Positions 58,001 to 64,000 of a stretch of 64,000 nucleotides of DNA are shown in pieces (position 1 is the stretch's first letter; the number at the start of each line of letters is the position of its first letter). The stretch covers positions 115,570,001 through 115,634,000 of the forward strand of contig NC_086107.1 in assembly GCF_963921235.1 (NCBI RefSeq), written 5' to 3'. The translations under genes were made by a program, and so were the position numbers. Origin of the DNA: Mobula hypostoma (lineage: Eukaryota). A model generated the notes under the pieces. That model saw only the letters and a program-made list of their open reading frames with translations, was not told the DNA's origin and did no database searches.

Positions 58001-59561
58001 TCACTCAACGTCAGCAAAACCTGAGGGTTATTGGCCACAGGAGGAAGAAGCCCGAGGTCCTTGAGTCAGTCCTCATTAGAAGAACAGGATGGAGAGGGTC
58101 AGTAACTTAAAATTCCTCGGAGTTACCATATGAGAGGATCTATCCTGGGACCAGCACTTAAGTGCCATCACAAAGTAGGCACAATAACGCCTCTACTTTC
58201 ATAGAAGTTTGCGTAGAGTCATCTGAAGCTCTGACAGACTTCTGTAGGTACCCAGTGCAGTGGAGAGTCTGGACCGGCTGCAGCTCGGCCTGCTGTGGAA
58301 ACACCGATGCTAACACATCTTCGCAGTTTGATTTATTTATTTATTATTATCACAACTTGTCTTCTGGTTGTTCATCAGTCTACGGTTATGTTTAGTTTCT
58401 TTCTATAAATTCTTCATTTTCCTGTAAGTGCCTGCAAGAAGGTCGGTCTCTAGGTAGTGTGTGATGACATATATGTGGCTTGATAATGAATTTACTTTGA
58501 GCTTTGACACAGGGTGGACGAGGTGGAATTAGCCAGTATCACAGGACATCCATTTAAGGACCAGTCCTACACTGCTCCGTTCTCAGCTTTGCGTTCTAAC
58601 CTGCTGTTTCATCTCCAGACTACATGAACCCGGATTCTGACGTAGGACCATTCCAGACCAAGGCAGACGTTCAATGTGCCACTGGTGAGATCTCCCTCTC
58701 ACTCGGGGGTTCTGGTTGTGAGTGTCTCGTGTCCGTCACAGAGCAGAGGTTTGGGTGCAGAGGATAGATGGAGCCTGAGCGTCCAAATCAGCCTCTTCCC
58801 TCTCTCTCACCTCCTTCTCCCCCTTCCTCCCACTGCTGCTCCCTTCCCTCCGCCCTATCCCCATCCCTCCGCTCTCCAGCTTCCACTCCCACTCTCTCCC
58901 TTGCTCTCTCCTTCTTCCTCTCCCTCCCTCCCTCACCGTCCCCTCTCTAATTCCTTCTCCCCGCCTCGATGTATTCCTGAATAAAGGATCTGTCCGGGAA
59001 TGCACATAAAAACTTTTCACCCAGTCTGGAACAGCTTCAGTCCTGTCTTGCACACTTCACTCAGATCAGATCAAGGCAGAGCCGTAACAGACTGCAGAAT
59101 AAAGTGATAGTTACAGAGGAATGCAGCACAGGCAGTCAGCTGCAAGGTTGATGAGGTGGAAGGCCTCTCCTACCCCCTCGACTGAAGAGAGCTCTCACCC
59201 GCTCTGTCTCTGTGTCCCTCTCGATCTCTTCGCCTGTCTACCTTTCTCTGCTTCAGATTGAGGATTCCATCTTGAATACTAGATGTTGTTCTGAAATATT
59301 GATGGTACCACATTCTGAGAGGGAACGGGAAGCCTGCAGGGGGGGAGGTGCAGAAGGGGGTGATGCGGAAGGGGGTGACGAGAAAGGGGGTGACGAGGAA
59401 GGGGGAGGTGCGGAAGGGGGTGATGCGGAAGGGGGTGCTGTGGAAGGGGGATGACAGCCATCACAATAACTCCCTCCTTTTCCCAGACGCTGAGGTTTAC
59501 GAGCCGATGAGAAGACAAGACAGTAGTTACCACAATGAGCAGTCGAACAGTGATGATGAAG
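13470..59561 (+). CDS. CD19: Partial multi-exon gene (5' and 3' ends outside window): single-pass membrane receptor/adaptor with tyrosine-rich tail, CD19-like
   Basis: 12 exons (855 nt) spliced by hand into one frame: [135 protein letters not shown]([15 protein letters not shown])x3[105 protein letters not shown]. Resembles recalled mammalian CD19 motifs RRKRKR, RRFFK, YEN, LYAAP, YEDMR. Orthology is an inference; no search was run. Confidence 0.62.
13698..15085. repeat. Local inverted duplications (13698-13952 vs 14674-14928; ~14045-14198 vs 14932-15085) around (CT)n/(CA)n microsatellites
   Basis: Direct reverse-complement comparison by eye; a few mismatches. Confidence 0.9.
15830..16270 (-). 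mobile_element. Degenerate Rex1/Babar-like LINE fragment (C-terminal ORF2 and 3' region)
   Basis: Minus-strand peptide [16 protein letters not shown]...[21 protein letters not shown]...KKLQRV, typical of this LINE group; boundaries approximate. Confidence 0.75.
16365..17010 (-). mobile_element. CR1 LINE 3' fragment containing a 110-bp internal tandem duplication (~16539-16756)
   Basis: [29 protein letters not shown] resembles CR1 RT C-terminus; duplicated block tgtacctgcctctgtccc...caatgcatgc. Confidence 0.75.
17081..17400 (-). mobile_element. CR1 LINE 3' end
   Basis: [39 protein letters not shown] plus (atagaaac)n tail repeat. Confidence 0.85.
17476..17675 (-). mobile_element. CR1 reverse transcriptase fragment
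   Basis: [17 protein letters not shown]...LAEIF...ANVVSLFK motif. Confidence 0.75.
18364..18409 (+). CDS. Exon B: basic juxtamembrane exon (phase 1-2)
   Basis: Acceptor ttttgtttttccgacag, donor AG|gtaagc; encodes [15 protein letters not shown]; 46 nt fits the flanking phases. Confidence 0.8.
18472..18985. repeat. 30-bp minisatellite (ccccaatccccacatccaccatcccaaata)
   Basis: Clear 30-nt periodicity. Confidence 0.95.
19150..21950. repeat. Polypyrimidine minisatellites (~40-bp unit cccaaccctctatctgctctctcccccctccaccccctcg, then a second C/T-rich unit)
   Basis: Visible tandem units, almost purely C/T. Confidence 0.92.
22022..22101 (+). CDS. Exon C (phase 2-1)
   Basis: Perfect TACTAAC branch point at ~21989, acceptor ctctcactccgcag, donor A|gtgagt; encodes [27 protein letters not shown]. 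Confidence 0.82.
22150..27200. repeat. 37-bp C-rich minisatellite (tacacccctccccgtcaccttcacccccaccctcccc)
   Basis: 37-nt period (tacac at 22214 and 22251), degenerating toward 27200. Confidence 0.95.
27275..29040 (+). repeat. 31-bp minisatellite (gtgtgtcagtatttacagggggtcccgggga)
   Basis: 31-nt period; the same family occurs in reverse orientation at ~35450, ~40325 and ~43545. Confidence 0.96.
29511..29633 (+). CDS. Exon D (phase 1-1), YENV motif
   Basis: Acceptor ctaccttcttcccgaag, donor G|gtaaga; 123 nt; [41 protein letters not shown]. Confidence 0.8.
30087..32606 (-). mobile_element. Possible LTR (about 0.95 kb once the nested Harbinger is removed) containing a 30-bp gactcg/gacttg minisatellite
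   Basis: Minus strand starts TGTCAC (32606) and ends GTAACA (30087), with AATAAA near the 3' end; the internal repeat continues on both sides of the Harbinger. No convincing TSD found. Confidence 0.35.
30553..32116. mobile_element. PIF/Harbinger-type DNA transposon, non-autonomous (1564 bp)
   Basis: 26-bp TIRs GGCTACGTCCACACT(A/G)GACCGGATAA with one mismatch; TTA TSD at 30550-30552 and 32117-32119; broken minus-strand coding remnant 31438-31945. Confidence 0.9.
33105..33496 (+). mobile_element. 5'-truncated non-LTR retro-insertion (L1/Tx1-like 3' UTR) with 14-bp TSD
   Basis: gatactaaatgcat repeated at 33105-33118 and 33483-33496; T-rich insert ends in AATAAA and an A-rich tail. Confidence 0.8.
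33830..34390 (+). mobile_element. Degenerate Rex/Babar-like LINE fragment followed by a CR1 3' end
   Basis: KKAHQRL..., [10 protein letters not shown] remnants; gatcagccatgatcgtattgaatggtggagcaggctcg CR1-type tail. Confidence 0.6.
34500..34995 (-). mobile_element. Penelope-like element 3' fragment
   Basis: Diverged reverse complement of the element at 55958-56562 (atgctggaggaactcagcagg...; ggtgttgctcctccaacctg). Confidence 0.65.
35382..35432 (+). CDS. Exon E (phase 1-1), YENL motif
   Basis: Acceptor ctcttttcatcatcacag, donor AAG|gtagga; 51 nt; [17 protein letters not shown]. Confidence 0.85.
40022..40066 (+). CDS. Exon F copy 1 (phase 1-1), YMNP motif
   Basis: Acceptor cacctctccttgcag, donor G|gtgagg; 45 nt; [15 protein letters not shown]. 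Confidence 0.82.
43239..43283 (+). CDS. Exon F copy 2 (identical to copy 1)
   Basis: Same 45 nt and splice sites; lies in an indel-noisy stretch, so it may be an assembly duplicate. Confidence 0.55.
50237..50281 (+). CDS. Exon F copy 3 (identical coding sequence)
   Basis: Same 45 nt and splice sites; downstream intron differs from copies 1/2 by two substitutions and then continues into unique sequence. Confidence 0.8.
50895..51263. repeat. 31-bp minisatellite, ~12 copies (gtgccacctttaccgggtacaaacgtaccgt)
   Basis: Exact 31-nt period, highly homogeneous. Confidence 0.95.
51356..51424 (+). CDS. Exon G (phase 1-1), YVKP motif
   Basis: Acceptor ttgctcaccccgcag, donor CAG|gtgagt; 69 nt; [23 protein letters not shown]. 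Confidence 0.85.
51660..52325 (-). mobile_element. CR1 LINE 3' fragment
   Basis: [30 protein letters not shown] and [12 protein letters not shown] peptides. Confidence 0.85.
52410..53460 (+). mobile_element. Degenerate CR1 LINE fragment
   Basis: IFINDF...SKYADST (RT FADD-like), [39 protein letters not shown]. Confidence 0.8.
53809..53913 (+). CDS. Exon H (phase 1-1), YAIP motif
   Basis: Branch-like ctgac plus acceptor cctctgcccag, donor AAG|gtgagt; 105 nt; [35 protein letters not shown]. Confidence 0.85.
54045..54500 (-). mobile_element. CR1 LINE 3' fragment
   Basis: Similar to the CR1 tails at 17081 and 51660 (gaaataggag...gccattcggccc; attcactgctctctgg; cccctctcattcttct). Confidence 0.7.
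54505..55022. repeat. Imperfect (TG)n microsatellite, ~520 bp
   Basis: Directly visible. Confidence 0.98.
55350..55800 (+). mobile_element. Rex1/Babar-like LINE 3' end
   Basis: [13 protein letters not shown]...[24 protein letters not shown]...[12 protein letters not shown] followed by a 3' UTR and (aatct)n tail. Confidence 0.85.
55958..56562 (+). mobile_element. Penelope-like element 3' part (GIY-YIG endonuclease C-terminus) nested in a CR1
   Basis: [14 protein letters not shown]...PVATHFN...[15 protein letters not shown]; host CR1 reads [16 protein letters not shown]...SAWRL on the left and resumes [14 protein letters not shown] on the right. Confidence 0.8.
56563..58500 (+). mobile_element. 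Fragmented CR1 (56563-56650, ~57230-57790) and Rex/Babar-like (~57880-58500) remnants
   Basis: SGVPQGS, gttagaccacacttggaatactgtgtcc, [12 protein letters not shown]; aaatttgctgacggc, ttaaaattcctcggagtt. Confidence 0.65.
58619..58684 (+). CDS. Exon I (phase 1-1), YMNP motif
   Basis: ctaac branch plus acceptor gtttcatctccag, donor CTG|gtgaga; 66 nt; [22 protein letters not shown]. Confidence 0.85.
59487..59561 (+). CDS. Exon J (phase 1-1), YEPM (YxxM) and YHNE motifs
   Basis: Acceptor ctccctccttttcccag, donor AAG|gtcagt; 75 nt; [25 protein letters not shown]. Confidence 0.85.
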
Positions 59562-59573
59562 GTCAGTGTGTTT

Positions 59574-61712
59574 ACACAGAGTGAATCTCCCTCCACACCG
59601 TCCCATCACACACTCCCGGGGTCAGACACAGAGTGAATCTCCCTCCACACCGTCCCATCACACACTCCCGGGGTCAGACACAGAGTGAATCTCCCTCCAC
59701 ACCGTCCCATCGCACACTCCCGGGGTCAGACACAGAGTGAATCTCCCTCCACACCGTCCCATTGCACACTCCCGGGGTCAGACACAGAGTGAAGCTCCCT
59801 CCACACCGTCCCATCACACACTCCCGGGGTCAGACACAGAGTGAATCTCTCTCCACACCGTCCCATCACACACTCCCGGGGTCAGACACAGAGTGAATCT
59901 CCCTCCACACCGTCCCATCACACACTCCCGGGGTCAGACACAGAGTGAATCTCCCTCCACACCGTCCCATCACACACTCCCGGGGTCAGACACAGAGTGA
60001 AACTCCCTCCACACCGTCCCATCACACACTCCCGGGGTCAGACACAGAGTGAAGCTCCCTCCACACCGTCCCATCACACACTCCCGGGGTCAGACACAGA
60101 GTGAATCTCCCTCCACACTGTCTCATCACACACTCCCAGGGTCAGACACAGAGTGAATCTCCCTCCACACCGTCCCATCACACACTCCCGGGGTCAGGCA
60201 CAAAGTGAATCTCCCTCCACACGGTCCAATAACACACTCCCGGGGTCAGACACAGAGTGAATCTCCCTCCACATCGTCCCATCACACACTCCCGGGGTCA
60301 GACACAGAGTGAATCTCCCTCCGGACCGTCCCATCACACACTCCCGGGGTCAGACACAGAGTGAATCTCCCTCCACACCGTCCCATCACACACTCCCGTG
60401 GTCAGACACAGAGTGAATCTCCCTCCACACCGTCCCATCACACACTCCCGGGGTCAGACACAGAGTGAATCTCCCTCCACACCGTCCCATCACACACTCC
60501 CGGGGTCAGACACAGAGTGAAACTCCCCCCACACCGTCCCATCACACACTCCCAGGGTCAGACACAGAGTGAATCTCCCTCCACACCGTCCCATCACACA
60601 CTCCCGGGGTCAGACACAGAGTGAATCTCCCTCCACACCGTCCCATCACACACTCCCGGGGTCAGGCACAGAGTGAATCTCCCTCCACACCATCCCATCA
60701 CACACTCCCGGGGTCAGACACAGAGTGAAGCTCCCTCCACACCGTCCCATCACACACTCCCGGGGTCAGACACAGAGTGAAGCTCCCTCCACACCGTCCC
60801 ATCATACACTCCCGGGGTCAGACACAGAGTGAATCTCCCTCCACACCGTCCCATCACACACTCCCGGGGTCAGGCACAGAGTGAATCTCCCTCCACACCA
60901 TCCCATCACACACTCCCGGGGTCAGACACAGAGTGAAGCTCCCTCCACACCGTCCCATCACACACTCCTGGGGTCAGACACAGAGTGAATCTCCCTCCAC
61001 ACCTTCCCATCACACACTCCCGGGATGAGACACTTAGCGAATTTCCCTTCACACCATCCCATCACACAGTCCCAGGGTCAGTCACAAAGTGAAGCTCCCT
61101 CCACACCGTCCCATCACACACTCCCGGGGTCAGACACAGAGTGAATCTCCCTCCACACCGTCCCATCACACACTCCCGGGGTCAGACACAGAGTGAATCT
61201 CCCTCCACACCGTCCCATCACACACTCCCGGGGTCAGACACAGAGTGAAACTCCCTCCACACCGTCCCATCACACACTCCCGGGGTCAGACACAGAGTGA
61301 AGCTCCCTCCACACCGTCCCATCACACACTCCCGGGGTCAGACACAGAGTGAATCTCCCTCCACACTGTCTCATCACACACTCCCAGGGTCAGACACAGA
61401 GTGAATCTCCCTCCACACCGTCCCATCACACACTCCCGGGGTCAGACACAGAGTGAATCTCCCTCCGGACCGTCCCATCACACACTCCCGGGGTCAGACA
61501 CAGAGTGAATCTCCCTCCACACCGTCCCATCACACACTCCCGGGGTCAGGCACAGAGTGAATCTCCCTCCACACCATCCCATCACACACTCCCAGGGTCA
61601 GACACAGAGTGAATCTCCCTCCACACCGTCCCATCACACACTCCCGGGGTCAGGCACAGAGTGAATCTCCCTCCACACCGTCCCATCACACACTCCCAGG
61701 GTCAGACACAGA
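59574..61712. repeat. 52-bp minisatellite, ~41 copies (acacagagtgaatctccctccacaccgtcccatcacacactcccggggtcag)
   Basis: 52-nt period; starts ~12 nt after the exon J donor and ends at the Tx1 5' end. Confidence 0.97.
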
Positions 61713-64000
61713 GAGGAGCTGTGCTGACTGAGCTGGGAGAAATCGAAGGAAAACTACTGGATAAAGTTCGTGGAATACTTTGGAGGTGGCTCTAAAAGTC
61801 TCTTGGACGACTGAGTGAGTGACGGTGTTGGTGTGGAAGCTCGGTGTGGAGTTTTACTGCTGGTTTGGGCTGGGTTTGTTGGCGGCTGCTAACTGCGTAG
61901 CTCCCAGCTGCGGCCGCTGGCAACTCGCCAGTAAGCCGGTTCGCTCCAAAACCGGAGGCAAACGCCGTCGTTTTCCCCCCATTGACATCGGGGCAACGTT
62001 CCTCCTCCATTGTTTTCCTGATTTTTCGTCCGGTGTCGGTGCCGGTGCCGGAGCATCTGGAAGGACGTTTCGGCCTCTCCCGGCCTGGGTCTCTGCAAGT
62101 CCGACGGAGCCTTTCCTGGCGCCGAGCCAGCGAGGAACTGTCGACTGCAAACTTTCCCGGCCAGTTATTCGACTCGCTCCAGGACTTCTAACTGGCACCG
62201 CCGCAAAATTCTCGGACTGGAAAGAGCGCCAGCATGCCGGACCGGTCTCCAGGGAGTCGCGGGCCTTCGGGGAGTTACGCAAGGGCGGCTGCCTCCCCGG
62301 CCTCGGACAACGCCCTGTTTCGGTCGGTGAAGGTGGAACGTGGGGTGCAATGTATTTTGCGCCCTGGAATGACACTAGAAAAGTGTACGGAGGCAATGGA
62401 GGACCTTGTGGGGAAAGGTGGTATTCTGGCCACCGAGAAGGAGTTCGGAAAGGCGGTGTTCTATCTGGTGAATGAAGAGCTAGTGCACCGGGCCCTAAGC
62501 AGGGGAGTCACGGTGGACAACATCTTTTTACCTATGGAGCTGGTGACGGCCCCCACGCAACGTATCGTGCTTGGGCATGTTAAGCCTTTCATTCCAAATG
62601 AGGACTTGCTTCCCCCACTGGCCCGTTTAGGGCAAGTAAAGTCGGAGATTACTGCCATCCGACACAAATTTAAGAGACGCACCCTCCGCACCGTAATCTC
62701 TTTCCGGCGTCAGGTTTTCATGCAGCTGGAAAGGGAGGACGATGTTGAGGGCCGCTTTACTGTCCGGCACGAGGGAGTAGATTATCAGGTGTACTGGAGC
62801 TCCGAGCGCCCACGGTGCCATGCGTGCAGGGAGGTGGGGCACTTTCGGAGGGACTGTCCTGCCGCCCGGAACCCGAGGGAGCCCACTTCGGGCACCAGTG
62901 CCGCAGCTACCTCTGCCCCGATCCTACTCCTGCGCGTGCGCCTGCACCTGCATCTGATCCTGCCCCAGCCCCTCACCCTGCCCCTACCCCTACCCCTGTC
63001 CCTACTTCTACGGTTGGGTCGGTCCCTGCTCCTCTCCCTGTAGTTCAGGTGGGGGACGGGGTGGAGTCTGTGCGGAGTAAGAAGGCAAAGGGGAAATCCA
63101 AACATAGTAAGAAGCGGGCCTTTGAGGCCGCAGAGCTCACACCCATTTCGTCTGAAGTGGAGCGTGGGGCTCGGGGAGGTGCGCAAGCAGACGGGGCGAT
63201 GGAAACAGAAGGCGCCGCCCCATCGGTGAAGCCTGCACCTGTGTGCTCCTCCAGCGTGAAGAGGAGAAGGGAACGTTCCCGCAAGAGGGCAGGGGATGTA
63301 GATGCGGGGGAGTCCCAGGAAGGGGTGGGAATCCGGGTAGGGGTTGGTTCTAAACCTGAGTCCTCAGATGTAGCCACCAGTCCTGGGGTAGATGGTGTGG
63401 TTGTGCAAAAAGCTTGTGATAGGCCTGTTTGCGCAAATGAGGCAGCCCTGGAGGCCTCCACCCAGGACCTACAAGTCAGCGCCTCTCTGGAGGCCAGTGT
63501 ACCGAATAGTGTAAGAGGAGACGAGGCAAAGCTCTCTCATTCTCAGCACCAGGCGGCTTATGAATCCCTTGGACCAAAGGTGCCGGGTTCCCCTCTATGC
63601 CTGCCCCCTAGGGAGGACGATATTCTGTGCACATCGACCCCAGCAATAAATGACTTGCAGGGAGTCCCTGGGGATTGTCTCTCCACTGTCGCAAATGTGG
63701 ATGAGGCTGATGCGACGGTGGAGAAGGCAGGTAAGAGCGAGGTGCCCGCTGCGCGGTGTGGGTCGCAGGCGCAGCCATCTATTGGAACATGCGGGGAGGC
63801 CGATGGGGATTCTGTCTGCAGTGACGGGTTGGAGGGGGACTCTTTCGATAGTGAAACAATGGACATCCTCACCCCTCCTGAGAAATCCCCATTGATACCT
63901 GTAGAGGAAATTAAGCATTTCATTCTCACCTCTGAGGGTGCCAAGCACCGGCCTCAGCTAGCCTCGCTTCGCTGGCCCAGCATGCCGAGGCTGGTGAGGT
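61713..64000 (+). mobile_element. Tx1-clade (L1 group) LINE 5' end: 5' UTR and ORF1 with CCHC zinc knuckle, running off the window
   Basis: ORF from ATG 62234 with RIVLGHVKPFIPNEDL...SFRRQVFM...CHACREVGHFRRDC, typical of Tx1/ZCCHC3-like ORF1; after a one-base frameshift at ~62919 the frame stays open to 64000. Confidence 0.85.

Noticed and set aside
59258..59460. Candidate acceptor ctgcttcag and the acidic GGDEE repeat ORF
   Set aside because: Phase-1 frame gives GAT TGA; the acidic repeat is a short 15-bp tandem repeat.
50895..61712. CRISPR-like appearance of the 31-bp and 52-bp arrays
   Set aside because: Head-to-tail tandem repeats with no unique spacers, no cas genes and a vertebrate context.
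62234..63043. Host gene ZCCHC3-like
   Set aside because: Intronless, preceded by a LINE-like 5' UTR abutting a satellite and continuing as a long low-complexity ORF1; better explained as Tx1 ORF1.

Overview
Eukaryotic vertebrate DNA, most likely from a cartilaginous fish (inferred from the CR1, Rex/Babar, Penelope and Tx1 repeat landscape). About two thirds of the window is C-rich minisatellite, which produces all the giant Pro/Ser-rich 'ORFs' in the track; these are artefacts. Hidden between the satellites are 12 small + strand exons (45-123 nt, 13470-59561) with AG/GT boundaries and compatible phases. They splice into one open frame: a transmembrane helix, a basic stop-transfer (RRKRQR), an 'FF' motif and a long acidic, tyrosine-rich tail (YENV, YENL, YMNP x4, YVKP, YAIP, YEPM, YHNE). 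This most resembles the B-cell co-receptor CD19; a LAT/TRAP-type adaptor is the alternative. The upstream exons and the final exon(s) lie outside the window. One tyrosine exon occurs as three identical copies in a tandem segmental duplication. Introns also carry a PIF/Harbinger element with TIRs and TTA TSD, a TSD-flanked retro-insertion, nested CR1/Rex/Penelope fragments, a scrambled inverted duplication and a young Tx1-clade LINE that begins at the end of a 52-bp minisatellite.
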